Virus record (IMG/VR): IMGVR_UViG_3300035145_003993
Location: 124,001-188,000 of that record
Strand: one strand, 5' to 3'
DNA length: 64,000 nt
Shown: positions 1 to 9,236 of the stretch, piece after piece
How positions within the stretch are numbered: the stretch's first letter is position 1
How the letters are laid out: each line of letters opens with the position of its first letter
The notes under the pieces: generated by a model
The model's database searches: none
What the model saw: only the letters and a program-made list of their open reading frames with translations
Told to the model about the DNA's origin: nothing
Position numbers and translations under genes: made by a program

Positions 1-56
1 CATGATATTTTTCCTTAACTTATTTTTATGCTAATTATATCAAGTAAACTCATTTT

Positions 57-233
57 TTATATAAAACTTAAATTTTCTTTTTGAATACTTAAAATATGTT
101 TATTAACGTATATAGTACACCATTTAAGATTATCTGAGTTTATATAATCACTTTCAGAAAGAATTAAACAGATTTGACCTTTTAACTTTCCTTTTTTTAA
201 AATTCCAAGTTTATTAAATGCTTTACTATTCAT
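57..233 (-). CDS. Small hypothetical protein (58 aa), possible SH3/KOW-like beta-barrel
   Basis: Not in the ORF track; read manually as MNSKAFNKLGILKKGKLKGQICLILSE...LSFI*. Confidence 0.55.
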   Translation of the reverse strand: MNSKAFNKLGILKKGKLKGQICLILSESDYINSDNLKWCTIYVNKHILSIQKENLSFI

Positions 234-251
234 ACATTCTGTTTCGTCAAA
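222..251 (-). promoter_or_regulatory. Copy 1 of a 30-nt motif TTTGACGAAACA-N4-GTAT-N2-ATAGTAAA, possible sigma70-like promoter (TTGACG-N16-TAGTAA)
   Basis: Same motif and spacing as at 1778..1807; overlaps the ATG of the 57..233 ORF. Confidence 0.4.
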
Positions 252-257
252 TTTTCT

Positions 258-890
258 CTATCTTTTATTTCCTATAAATAAAAAAGATATTAATAATATA
301 AGTAAAGTCCAAATTGCATTTGGATTTTCTCTTTGATTACAACTATTATTATTTATTTCTTGAATATAATATTGATCTTTATCATAATTGTTTAATTCTT
401 TTTCATTATTATGTGATTCTAAATTGTTTTCATGTAATTTTTCTTTATTAATTTGACAACTTTGGCCCCATAAAGTTATACACTCATCTTCAAAATTTAA
501 AATTCCATCCCCATCAATATCATCATCACACATATCACCAAGTCCATCACCATCACTGTCTAATTGGTTTTCATTATAATCATATAGACAATTATCACAC
601 ATGTCACCAACACTGTCACCATCTCTGTCAAACTGATCTGTATTAGAATATCTCATACAATTATCAGAAGAGTCTTCTATTCCATCATCATCATAATCAT
701 CTGCATGTTGGTATGAGTCTCCTAAGTCTGTATTTGATATTAACACAGATCCTTTTCCGCCTCCACCTCCACCACTTTGCTCAGGTGTTCCACAGTCATT
801 ATAATTGTTATCGCATTCATAACTTTGGCTATATGATACATTATTAATAAAAATTAAAAAAGTTAAACAGACATAATTTAAATGATTCAT
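258..890 (-). CDS. Secreted thrombospondin type 3 (TSP3) repeat protein with MYXO-CTERM-like C-terminal anchor
   Basis: Signal peptide; DxDxDGxxDxxDNC repeats; C-terminal Cys, hydrophobic helix and basic tail (SCNQRENPNAIWTLLILLISFLFIGNKR). Confidence 0.8.
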   Translation of the reverse strand: MNHLNYVCLTFLIFINNVSYSQSYECDNNYNDCGTPEQSGGGGGGKGSVLISNTDLGDSYQHADDYDDDGIEDSSDNCMRYSNTDQFDRDGDSVGDMCDNCLYDYNENQLDSDGDGLGDMCDDDIDGDGILNFEDECITLWGQSCQINKEKLHENNLESHNNEKELNNYDKDQYYIQEINNNSCNQRENPNAIWTLLILLISFLFIGNKR

Positions 891-891
891 T

Positions 892-1719
892 TTAATATCC
901 TTTTATCAAGTGAATCCACCCAGGCAAATAAGAACTTCCATTTGAAGTAAATACTGCATTTTCGAATGCTTGTTTTGGATACTTCGTTACACCGTTATAA
1001 TCACCTGTACCATAGCCACATTTAAAACATCCACTCCATTTCCCTGCAGGATCATTGACATAATAGTTTTGACCATCAAATGATTTAACAACTAAAACAT
1101 GTCCTGAAGATGTGAAATAACCATGAACTATTGCGATATAGCCTTGAGACAAAGATATACGCAAATCTTCAGGAGAAGCATTTGTATATGTATTTATTGT
1201 ACTATTAGAAGCATAGTGTCTATAAATATAGTTTAAACCTGATGGTGATTGTGCCATATCTTTACCCCATCTAGAAAATATATCATCTGGATGAATATTA
1301 TATTGAAAGTAACTTAATACCATTGCAATTGAAGTATTTTGACATGTTGCATAAGGATAATGTTTATTGTTATATTGATTGTAATATGGAATAGAATTAT
1401 TATTTGAACTTTCTAATTGCTGTTGAGGTTGTTCTGACCAAAGTTGATGAGGCTTAGAATTTATATTACATAAAGTATATGCATCTCCTTCTTTAACACA
1501 CACACAAGGTCCTTCAACACAATCATATTGTTTTTCTTGAATATTGTATTCTACTGCATAATTTGAGTAAATACATTGATTATCGCATGAAGCTCCAACG
1601 TGTTTTGTTTCTGAATATGATTTATTTCTAAAATCAGTTTCATAACCTTGATAACTAGATAATTCATCTGAACAATTTAAAAGTAAAGATGAAAAAATTA
1701 ATAATAAAATATATTTCAT
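892..1719 (-). CDS. Lipoprotein with Cys-rich domain and C39-like cysteine peptidase domain
   Basis: Lipobox LLN-C; YYNQ...TCQNTSIAMVLSY (Cys), SGHVLVV (His), VNDPAG (Asp). Confidence 0.8.
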   Translation of the reverse strand: MKYILLLIFSSLLLNCSDELSSYQGYETDFRNKSYSETKHVGASCDNQCIYSNYAVEYNIQEKQYDCVEGPCVCVKEGDAYTLCNINSKPHQLWSEQPQQQLESSNNNSIPYYNQYNNKHYPYATCQNTSIAMVLSYFQYNIHPDDIFSRWGKDMAQSPSGLNYIYRHYASNSTINTYTNASPEDLRISLSQGYIAIVHGYFTSSGHVLVVKSFDGQNYYVNDPAGKWSGCFKCGYGTGDYNGVTKYPKQAFENAVFTSNGSSYLPGWIHLIKGY

Positions 1720-1741
1720 GATATCTCCTATATAACTACAA

Positions 1742-1749
1742 TATAAATA
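1742..1749 (-). promoter_or_regulatory. Candidate late-promoter motif TATTTATA
   Basis: About 22 nt upstream of the 1719 start; recurs at 9825, 15596 and 18216. Confidence 0.35.
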
Positions 1750-1777
1750 TATTCTTTAGTTTATAAACGTATTCTGT

Positions 1778-1807
1778 TTTACTATGTATACGTCTTGTTT
1801 CGTCAAA
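1778..1807 (-). promoter_or_regulatory. Copy 2 of the 30-nt TTTGACGAAACA...ATAGTAAA motif
   Basis: Intergenic, just downstream of a terminator, upstream of the C39 lipoprotein gene. Confidence 0.45.
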
Positions 1808-1831
1808 ATTCTGAGATCTTTTTTCGAATAC

Positions 1832-1856
1832 AAAAAAACCAGCAAAAAGCTGGCTT
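1832..1856 (-). terminator. Rho-independent terminator
   Basis: Minus strand AGCCAGC-TTTTT-GCTGGTT hairpin followed by a T run, immediately after the stop at 1861. Confidence 0.7.
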
Positions 1857-1860
1857 CTTA

Positions 1861-2058
1861 TTAAGTTGAAATTTTTTTTAAATTGTCTTTTAAAACAACA
1901 TCAATTCCTCCTGACGGGAAAAGTACAAAATATCTTTTTTGATTATTAACTATGTTTTTCTCAATTACTAATCTCTTAAACTCTGAAATGACTATGACTG
2001 GGCTTCCTCTAAAACTATAAAGATTTCCTATTATATTAGAATTTTCTTTTGCTTCCAT
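1861..2058 (-). CDS. Small hypothetical protein, SH3/KOW-like
   Basis: ORF track; IIGNLYSFRGSPVIVISE beta-rich pattern. Confidence 0.55.
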   Translation of the reverse strand: MEAKENSNIIGNLYSFRGSPVIVISEFKRLVIEKNIVNNQKRYFVLFPSGGIDVVLKDNLKKIST

Positions 2059-3328
2059 GAATAACCTTTATTACTGGAAAACGTAAAGAAAATTCTCCTT
2101 TTTGATTTTTAGACTCTTCAAAATATTGTACTGTAATTGTTTTGTTTAAAATATCATTTGGATTTTCAAATAAATGTTTTCTTTGTTCTATAGAGAATCC
2201 GCTACCTACTCTAACTATATTTCCTTTATGTTCAATAGATACCCCACTTAACATTTCTTCTTCTACTTCGACTCCATTTTTAATATATCTTATAGGACCA
2301 AAGAAAATGTCTTTTACTATGTATTCATTATCATAAAACGTTTTTATTTTTAAAATATCATTAGTTCTTTTTCCTTTATAAGGAGTACTTTTTCTAAGCA
2401 TTAAACCTTCCCAACCTTTTTCTGAAGATTTTTGTGTTAGCTCATTAATTTCTTCAAAACTTGAAACAGGTATTTGATCTAGAAAGTTTATATAGTTTAA
2501 TTTTTTACCTAAAAGAAGATTTTGTAAAGCAAAAACCCTTTGAGAAAAAGTACCTGTTTCACCATATCCTTTCGAAAACATTCGATAAGGAATAAAATCA
2601 AAAATTTGAAATAGACCGTTTTGAATAGTGTGATCTTTTCTTCCTATTTCTTTCATAATGTTTTGAAAGTCTTCATCACCATTTTTATCTACAATACACA
2701 TTTCTCCGTCATAAACAATGTTTTTAACACCTAAGTTTTCTAATTCCTTTTCTACCAAGGATAACGTATGAAATTGTTTTCCTGATCTTGCAAATGATTT
2801 TGCTTTCCCTTTTTCGTCCACAATAATAAGACAGCGAACACCATCGAGTTTTCTTGATACATACCAAACATCTTTCTTTAAATCTACTTTCTTTTTTGTT
2901 TTATCATTAAATTTATTAGCTAATGCCACGTTAAACGTAGGAATTAATCCTATATGAGCTTTATTAATTAATTTAACAGAAGCTCTAATTTTAAGATTTC
3001 TATTAAGTATTAAGTAAAGTAGATTTTTAAATTCAGGATTTTTTAAAATAAATCCGTTTGTTTCTTCTATTGCTTTATGACCTGTAATTAATTTTTCATT
3101 TAAAGAGTCTAACAGATTAAATATAGAATCAAATTTAGTATCTTTATTGCATAGATCTTTCCTTTTTTCTAAGTTTTTAGAAGTAATGTTATATTGCATA
3201 AAATTATTATACGTATAATATAAAATTCTTTGTAACTCTCTATCACAGTTTCTTAAAACTTTAATTTTATCATTAGTTGAATTAGAAGAATTCATTTCTT
3301 TAATAAAATCGTTAAATTTATTAATCAT
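2036..3328 (-). CDS. lig: ATP-dependent DNA ligase
   Basis: KLDGVR motif I, YDGE, FQIFD, EGLMLR, LKIK and C-terminal LRFP OB-fold motifs. Confidence 0.93.
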   Translation of the reverse strand: MINKFNDFIKEMNSSNSTNDKIKVLRNCDRELQRILYYTYNNFMQYNITSKNLEKRKDLCNKDTKFDSIFNLLDSLNEKLITGHKAIEETNGFILKNPEFKNLLYLILNRNLKIRASVKLINKAHIGLIPTFNVALANKFNDKTKKKVDLKKDVWYVSRKLDGVRCLIIVDEKGKAKSFARSGKQFHTLSLVEKELENLGVKNIVYDGEMCIVDKNGDEDFQNIMKEIGRKDHTIQNGLFQIFDFIPYRMFSKGYGETGTFSQRVFALQNLLLGKKLNYINFLDQIPVSSFEEINELTQKSSEKGWEGLMLRKSTPYKGKRTNDILKIKTFYDNEYIVKDIFFGPIRYIKNGVEVEEEMLSGVSIEHKGNIVRVGSGFSIEQRKHLFENPNDILNKTITVQYFEESKNQKGEFSLRFPVIKVIHGSKRKF

Positions 3329-3525
3329 GTTAATAACTCTATTATCTTTAATAAAGCAATATAAAATAATGTATATAATAATATTTCAGTTACACAAAGA
3401 ATTAATATTGCTGATATTATCATTAATGGGTTGTTTTTATAAAAATCATCATTCAGTTTTTTTTGATCGTAAAAAATAAATGAATTGATTAATAATATTA
3501 TTGTTATACCAATAAAATATAACAT
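3325..3525 (-). CDS. Small membrane protein (2 TM)
   Basis: Two hydrophobic stretches; start overlaps the upstream stop. Confidence 0.6.
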   Translation of the reverse strand: MLYFIGITIILLINSFIFYDQKKLNDDFYKNNPLMIISAILILCVTEILLYTLFYIALLKIIELLT

Positions 3526-3749
3526 TATTTAATTTTTGCTAAATCTGTTTCTGCTGATATTGCAACAGCTTCTAAAAATAGCTTTGAATTATAAGGAATT
3601 CTTTTATTAATTTTTTCACACTGAATATAGACATTCTCTACTCTTCTTAAAGCATCTTTTGGTGATGTAGATTTAAACACATCAAAAACAACACTCTTTT
3701 CGTATTCACCAAGTCCGTGTCTATCAATTGTTAACTTATAACGCATCAT
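3525..3749 (-). CDS. Hypothetical protein
   Basis: ORF track, with RBS. Confidence 0.6.
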   Translation of the reverse strand: MMRYKLTIDRHGLGEYEKSVVFDVFKSTSPKDALRRVENVYIQCEKINKRIPYNSKLFLEAVAISAETDLAKIK

Positions 3750-3766
3750 AATTTTTTTCCTTTTTA

Positions 3767-3898
3767 TTAGTTTGTGTATTGTTTTGCAGCGCTTTCTGCT
3801 TGATTAATAGTTTTATACTTTCCAATATAGGTCCAACCTTGTGACCATTTGTTTTGTGCTTTATGATATAATTTAAATTGATTATTTTCTTTAACCAT
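3767..3898 (-). CDS. Small hypothetical protein (43 aa)
   Basis: Not in the track; MVKENNQFKLYHKAQNKWSQGWTYIGKYKTINQAESAAKQYTN* fills the gap. Confidence 0.5.
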   Translation of the reverse strand: MVKENNQFKLYHKAQNKWSQGWTYIGKYKTINQAESAAKQYTN

Positions 3899-3955
3899 TT
3901 TAAATGTTTCAGTATTAAAATTATATAACATAAATATCTCTTTTATAAATAAAGT

Positions 3956-5227
3956 TTACATATTGATAACAATATCAGATTTATCATTATCAAAAGCTAG
4001 TTTGCAGTTTTTAGCTAATATCCAACATCTTCTCATTCTTTGTGAAGAAGGAGGTTTAGGTGCTCCTCCATCTGTTAGTATAATATAGCCATCGAATTTT
4101 TTTCTATTTTCTTGTGCATGTTTTGCAACAGCACTAAATGAAGTACCTCCTACCAAAGTTCTAGATATATTTGGTCTTTTGTTTTTCTTCCAGACAAATC
4201 CATTTTGATCATCTACCTTACTATCAAACTTGTATAAGAAAAAATCTGTTGACCTTGATAAATTATCTAATTCACTGTAGAATAAAGATAGTTCTTTATC
4301 ACTTACAGAACCACTTTCATCTATGTAAACTGCAATCATTGGTCTGTATATCTTTTTAGAACCGGGATGTATTCCGGGATATTTTCTATTTAATCTTCTT
4401 ATTGAAGATCTTCTTTCATCTTTTCTAGTAAATCCACAAAATCTTTTTAGTAAAGATTCCCAACTAATTTTAGAAGAAACAATCTTATAAATTTCAGATC
4501 TAGTTTCAGCTGGAATCGATCCCCAATTTCTTGATTCTGCTTCTTGTATTGCGTCTTTAATTAATTCTTTTAGTTTTCCTTTTAATAACTCTTTTTCTTC
4601 ATCAGACATATTATCCCATCCTTCATGATCATCGAAACCTATTTCAAATTTGTCTGATTCTTCTAAGAATTTTTTAATGTCTTTATTTTCCATTAATTTT
4701 TCAAAATAGTATTCTGAAGTTTTATTTCTTGGAAAACTTTCAATTAATGAAGATAGTTTTTCAAAATTATCTATTTCTTCTTGTGTTGCGTTTTTTCTTT
4801 GTGATTCATCTAAGAATAATTTTTTACCTGGAATTAGACCACCTTTTGGAAGTTCATGTTCAGGAATTGTAGAATTAATAGCTAAATCAGTTGAATAATT
4901 CCAGATTATATGAGGATCTTTTCTTCGGTCAGAAGTATGACCAAAAACTAAATGTAAACATTCATGTTTAAGTAATCCTGTTATTTCATGATTATTTAAG
5001 CCTGCTAGAAATTCTCTATTCCAATAAAGAGTTATATCATCATTTATACAAGTCACACCAGCTGTAGGTATTTGCGTTGTTTCTTCTTTATTTAATGACC
5101 TAAGAATTCTTGAGTAAAAAGGTTCATTCCAAAGAAAGTCAACAAGATGTTTTGTTAAATCAAATTTTTCAATTTCTAGTTCAGATACTTCGCGTTTTTT
5201 AAGAATGTTATTGTTATTTTTACTCAT
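3956..5227 (-). CDS. Metallopeptidase-like plus VWA-domain protein (MoxR partner)
   Basis: KHECLH HExxH motif; coiled-coil; IDESGS MIDAS, GGTSF, IILTDG. Confidence 0.85.
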   Translation of the reverse strand: MSKNNNNILKKREVSELEIEKFDLTKHLVDFLWNEPFYSRILRSLNKEETTQIPTAGVTCINDDITLYWNREFLAGLNNHEITGLLKHECLHLVFGHTSDRRKDPHIIWNYSTDLAINSTIPEHELPKGGLIPGKKLFLDESQRKNATQEEIDNFEKLSSLIESFPRNKTSEYYFEKLMENKDIKKFLEESDKFEIGFDDHEGWDNMSDEEKELLKGKLKELIKDAIQEAESRNWGSIPAETRSEIYKIVSSKISWESLLKRFCGFTRKDERRSSIRRLNRKYPGIHPGSKKIYRPMIAVYIDESGSVSDKELSLFYSELDNLSRSTDFFLYKFDSKVDDQNGFVWKKNKRPNISRTLVGGTSFSAVAKHAQENRKKFDGYIILTDGGAPKPPSSQRMRRCWILAKNCKLAFDNDKSDIVINM

Positions 5228-5237
5228 AATAATCCTC

Positions 5238-6320
5238 TTATTTGTTTAAAAGATTTCTGTTATTATTTACTATTTCAACAATATAGTTTCCAATTTCTTT
5301 GTGGAATTTTTGAATAGATTTAATATTCTTTCCTTTTGTTACACAAGACCAAAAATGAATCATCATCTCTTCAGAAATAATTTTTCCTAATTTTGCTGCA
5401 TTCTTAGCTTGAGATACTGTCCAATCATTAGTAGTAGAATGTTCACCTAATCTTTCAATTAAAGAGTTTATTCTATCATTAGACATTGCATCAATCTTTG
5501 GTTTACATTTATCGAAGCTTTTTAGCAATTCTTCGGGTGTTACAATAATTTCATATTTCTTAACAAAGTCAGTAAATTCAACTGCAGCTTCTTGACCAAT
5601 AAAACCAATTGATGTATTAAAAATATCAAATGTATCTTTATTAGATAAGAGATCAATATCATTATATTTTAAAACTTCGTCAAACCTTGCCCAAGAAGCT
5701 GGAGTTGGAAATACATTCCCAGGTTTAATTTTTTCTAAATTAACGTATAAATGAGAAGTTCTAGTTTTTAAAAATTCAATTATTAAATTATCTACATTTT
5801 TACTTTTTGCCCAATCAATCCAATCTTGTTTTGTTGGTTGTAAATCTATTGTCCAAAATCTTCTTAATAAAGCTGGATCCATTTCATTAACATCATATTC
5901 ATTACCATGATTAATAGCAGCAAATATTCTTGTTTCTGGGTGTATATCATAAGGGTTACCATTTTCATCATTTCCTAATTGTCTATCAAGAACAATTTGA
6001 AAGAAAGATTGTTGTACTGATGGTAATCCTCTATTAAATTCATCTAAGAATAATACAACTGGTTCATTACAAGCTCTTACAAACCAAGATGGCATGCAAA
6101 ATGTCATAATACCTTTTTCTTTCATTCCTTCAATATCAGGATAACCTTGAACATCACCTTCAGACATAATAGAAGCTCGAACATCTATTAAAGGTAGATT
6201 AATATCTTTAGATATTTGATTAACTAATGCTGATTTTCCTATGCCTGTACTTGCTCTCATAAGAACTGCATGGTGTGATGGTAGATTTTTAACAATTTTT
6301 AAAAAGCTTTTAATATTCAA
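5238..6320 (-). CDS. MoxR-like AAA+ ATPase
   Basis: Walker A ASTGIGKS, Walker B LFLDEFNR, AAIN, MDPALLRRF, PTPASW. Confidence 0.9.
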   Translation of the reverse strand: MNIKSFLKIVKNLPSHHAVLMRASTGIGKSALVNQISKDINLPLIDVRASIMSEGDVQGYPDIEGMKEKGIMTFCMPSWFVRACNEPVVLFLDEFNRGLPSVQQSFFQIVLDRQLGNDENGNPYDIHPETRIFAAINHGNEYDVNEMDPALLRRFWTIDLQPTKQDWIDWAKSKNVDNLIIEFLKTRTSHLYVNLEKIKPGNVFPTPASWARFDEVLKYNDIDLLSNKDTFDIFNTSIGFIGQEAAVEFTDFVKKYEIIVTPEELLKSFDKCKPKIDAMSNDRINSLIERLGEHSTTNDWTVSQAKNAAKLGKIISEEMMIHFWSCVTKGKNIKSIQKFHKEIGNYIVEIVNNNRNLLNK

Positions 6321-6365
6321 TTTAATGTCCTTTTTTAAAAGGTTAATGTTGTTTGATTACTTTTT

Positions 6366-6394
6366 ATTATACAATAAAATTTTTTAATTTACAC
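6366..6394 (-). promoter_or_regulatory. Phage promoter GTGTAAA-N16-TATAAT
   Basis: Exact consensus, upstream of the MoxR gene. Confidence 0.75.
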
Positions 6395-6402
6395 ATTTAA
6401 AA

Positions 6403-6738
6403 TTAAAATCTATATTGAACTGCGATTATTAATAGACTTAAAAAGATACATGTCAATGTTTTAAATGTAAATGGTGATTCACCTAAAAAGATGTATGACA
6501 ATACTGGATATACTAAATACGATAATCCAAAAAAAACAAATTTTGCAGACCAAACTGATCCTTGGTTTGAATTAACAAAATAAGTCCAAGAATAGAAATA
6601 AAGATAAGAAATAGGAATACTTAAAGTAACAATAAGAAAATGCATTTTATCTTTAAAAGCACTATTTATAAATTGAAGATTATGCTGAAAGAAAACAAGA
6701 GATGACCCAATAATATAAGCTAATAAAGCTTTTACCAT
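6403..6738 (-). CDS. Small 4-TM membrane protein, EamA/DMT-like
   Basis: Four hydrophobic segments; C-terminal LSYIFLGESPFTFKTLTCIFL. Confidence 0.65.
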   Translation of the reverse strand: MVKALLAYIIGSSLVFFQHNLQFINSAFKDKMHFLIVTLSIPISYLYFYSWTYFVNSNQGSVWSAKFVFFGLSYLVYPVLSYIFLGESPFTFKTLTCIFLSLLIIAVQYRF

Positions 6739-6740
6739 AA

Positions 6741-7490
6741 TTATTTAACACCCACTCTTGCGACTTCATTAAATCCTTCTTTTTTAAGATCAAGAAAGAA
6801 AGTCCAACCTGCTCCACCGAATCTATTTTTAATTGTTTCTAATACTCTTAAGCCTTTAAAATCTTCATCTTTTCTTTCAATAGAAAGATGTAACATTGCA
6901 TCAACCATATGTTTAAGTTTTTGAGATCCTGCCATGTTCCCGCTCTTATTAACTTGACCAATACAAATAATATTAACATAATGCTCTTTTGCATAGTCTG
7001 TTAAGATTTGTAAAGACCTTACAGCCGATTGTCCGTTAGTATGCTGTTCTCCGTATTTTCCATCATTTAAAGTTTGTAGCGAGTCAACTATTAAAAAGAA
7101 TGGTTTATTAGGAAATTTATTTCTTAAAGTATCACAATGTTTAATTAATCTAGGAACATAAGATTCTTGACCAGCAATAAATCCACTATTTAAATCAAGT
7201 CTTTCACAAGTCATTTTCACTTGATATAAACTTTCTTCTGCAGTATTAAATAAACATGTATAACCTTTTGATGTTAAAGCATTTGCAAGTGTTAACATCA
7301 AAGTTGTTTTACCTGCTCCTGGTTCACCAGTAAACAATGTCATTGTTGAAGGAGTAAAACCTTCTCCACCAAATGCTGCATCAATATAATCAATTCCACA
7401 AGGATGTCTTTCTCTCAATTTTGAGGGGATTGCAATATCTAGAATGTTTGTACCAAAAGTAATATTGTCTCTTTTGACATTAAGTTTCAT
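6741..7490 (-). CDS. radA: RadA/Sms-like RecA-family ATPase (core domain only)
   Basis: GEPGAGKT, IVDSLQ, GQVNKSG, LKHMVDAML and KNRFG motifs; no Zn finger or Lon domain. Confidence 0.8.
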   Translation of the reverse strand: MKLNVKRDNITFGTNILDIAIPSKLRERHPCGIDYIDAAFGGEGFTPSTMTLFTGEPGAGKTTLMLTLANALTSKGYTCLFNTAEESLYQVKMTCERLDLNSGFIAGQESYVPRLIKHCDTLRNKFPNKPFFLIVDSLQTLNDGKYGEQHTNGQSAVRSLQILTDYAKEHYVNIICIGQVNKSGNMAGSQKLKHMVDAMLHLSIERKDEDFKGLRVLETIKNRFGGAGWTFFLDLKKEGFNEVARVGVK

Positions 7491-7533
7491 TTTTTTATTC
7501 CTTATTGTTAGGATAAAGGTTTTGTATATTAAT

Positions 7534-7562
7534 ATTATAAATTAAATTAATTTATTTTGCAC
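7534..7562 (-). promoter_or_regulatory. Phage promoter variant GTGCAAA-N16-TATAAT
   Basis: One mismatch to the consensus. Confidence 0.65.
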
Positions 7563-7578
7563 TTTAAAAATCTTAAAT

Positions 7579-7899
7579 TCAAAATCTTCTTAAGAATTTA
7601 CCATCAATTTGTTTTACAGAATTTCCGATTAAGATAAAAAAACTATTTTTTTCTACTCTTTTAGAGAAATATTCAAAATTAGAAATGATTAAACCAATCT
7701 CGTTATTAGTTGTAACATTAACTAGTTCATTAACTTCAAAGTTCCATCTAATTACAGATGTTTTTTGTTTGAAGTTTTCTTTTTTAATTGTAGATTTAAT
7801 TACTTTAGGACTCTTTTTTCTAATGTTGTTAAGAGAATTTGAGTCTTTAGAAAGCATTTTCTTTTTAAGATCTCTAAGTTGATTTTTTGTTAATGACAT
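7579..7899 (-). CDS. Hypothetical protein, basic N-terminus plus SH3/KOW-like domain
   Basis: FEVNELVNVTTNNEIGLII. Confidence 0.6.
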   Translation of the reverse strand: MSLTKNQLRDLKKKMLSKDSNSLNNIRKKSPKVIKSTIKKENFKQKTSVIRWNFEVNELVNVTTNNEIGLIISNFEYFSKRVEKNSFFILIGNSVKQIDGKFLRRF

Positions 7900-7919
7900 T
7901 GTTTATTCTCCTTACATTA

Positions 7920-7948
7920 ATTATAACAATTTAATGTTGAATTTACAC
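7920..7948 (-). promoter_or_regulatory. Phage promoter GTGTAAA-N16-TATAAT
   Basis: Exact consensus. Confidence 0.75.
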
Positions 7949-8413
7949 AAATTTCCTCCTAATTGAATTAACATTAACAGTTTTTCCATATAAAGATAAA
8001 AGACCTTCTCTTACGTAAGACATAACACAGTCAGTCATATATTCTTCAAACTTATTTTCTTCAATTTTTAAATCTAATTCTTTAACTAATTGCCTTCCAT
8101 AATTCCAAGCTAATATTTCTTCATTGAGAGTATGAATATAAGACACTTTAGATTTAATTTTTTGAGGTGAATTTTTATTAAAACATGTGATATTTTGATA
8201 TCTTATGTTATTATCGATAATAGCATGTCCTGCTTCGTGTAGTAAACAAAATAATCTTTCACGATACCTTAAGTTTTTATTTATATAAATTAGATTTAAA
8301 CTTGGGTACCAAGCATCTTCAGCATTTGGCTGTTCAACAATACCTACATTGTAGTTATCTAATAAGTATGACGATAATTTTTTATAATATTCTTTATATT
8401 GCTTTGGAATCAT
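7943..8413 (-). CDS. HExxH metallopeptidase-like protein (ImmA/IrrE-like)
   Basis: LLHEAGH and EEILAW; likely start 8413 (GGAGG RBS) rather than 8458. Confidence 0.7.
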   Translation of the reverse strand: MIPKQYKEYYKKLSSYLLDNYNVGIVEQPNAEDAWYPSLNLIYINKNLRYRERLFCLLHEAGHAIIDNNIRYQNITCFNKNSPQKIKSKVSYIHTLNEEILAWNYGRQLVKELDLKIEENKFEEYMTDCVMSYVREGLLSLYGKTVNVNSIRRKFV

Positions 8414-8470
8414 GTTCCCTCCTGGGAGTATTATACAATAAAAAAAATTAAAATACATTTTAAATTTTTA

Positions 8471-8977
8471 TTATCTAATTGATTTTTTCTTAACAATCGA
8501 TGTTATTAATGATTTAAATTTATTTACATTTAAAACATAACCTGATTTGTAATTGTTGCTTTTTGAACATTTCTTTGAATTATTATAATAACATATAGCT
8601 TTATTCAAAGGCTTAAATTTATTAATATAATATTTTAAAGATTTTACACCATGATAATAAACGTCACATTTAGAAATCAATCCATCTCTTTTTGTCGCTG
8701 TAATTTTGTTCTCTTTATTTGGGCACCAAAACTCGTATTTTATTTGCATCGGTCCAATACATTTATATTTAGTTGGTTTTGACTGTTCAGTAAATCTAGA
8801 TTCTTCCCAAGCTACAGCTAAAGTAATTTCTACATTTAAATCATTTTTAATAGAAGATTCTATTAAAAGAGAACAAACAGTTAAGTTTTCTTCAGAAGGT
8901 TGTTTTCCTGTTAGTTTGTTGTAAATATCGTGACATAAATTATAATTTAAACTTGCTAATAGAATTAATTTAATCAA
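8471..8977 (-). CDS. Lytic transglycosylase (SLT-like)
   Basis: LAVAWEESRF catalytic Glu, GPMQI, AICYYN; N-terminal signal-like segment. Confidence 0.7.
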   Translation of the reverse strand: MIKLILLASLNYNLCHDIYNKLTGKQPSEENLTVCSLLIESSIKNDLNVEITLAVAWEESRFTEQSKPTKYKCIGPMQIKYEFWCPNKENKITATKRDGLISKCDVYYHGVKSLKYYINKFKPLNKAICYYNNSKKCSKSNNYKSGYVLNVNKFKSLITSIVKKKSIR

Positions 8978-9176
8978 AATATTTTTGTATATCTCCCTTA
9001 CGATATCTTACGGTTTCTGTTTTATTACCATCATTATATAAAACATCTATATAAACTCTTGCTTCAGAAGTTCCTCCGACTGTTAATTGGTTATTTCTTT
9101 CTGTTATGATATTAACAACAGTTCCGATCCTGTTCATAGTTTGAAAATAATAAACTTTATCACCTTTTTTTATCAT
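8970..9176 (-). CDS. Small SH3/KOW-like protein
   Basis: IKKGDKVYY...RIGTVVNI. Confidence 0.65.
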   Translation of the reverse strand: MIKKGDKVYYFQTMNRIGTVVNIITERNNQLTVGGTSEARVYIDVLYNDGNKTETVRYRKGDIQKYFD

Positions 9177-9202
9177 TGTGGTTCCTTTATAAATTATAGT
9201 TT

Positions 9203-9231
9203 ATAATAATATAAAAAAAATTAATTTACAC
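9203..9231 (-). promoter_or_regulatory. Phage promoter GTGTAAA-N16-TATTAT
   Basis: Consensus -35 with near-consensus -10. Confidence 0.7.
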
Positions 9232-9236
9232 TTTTA

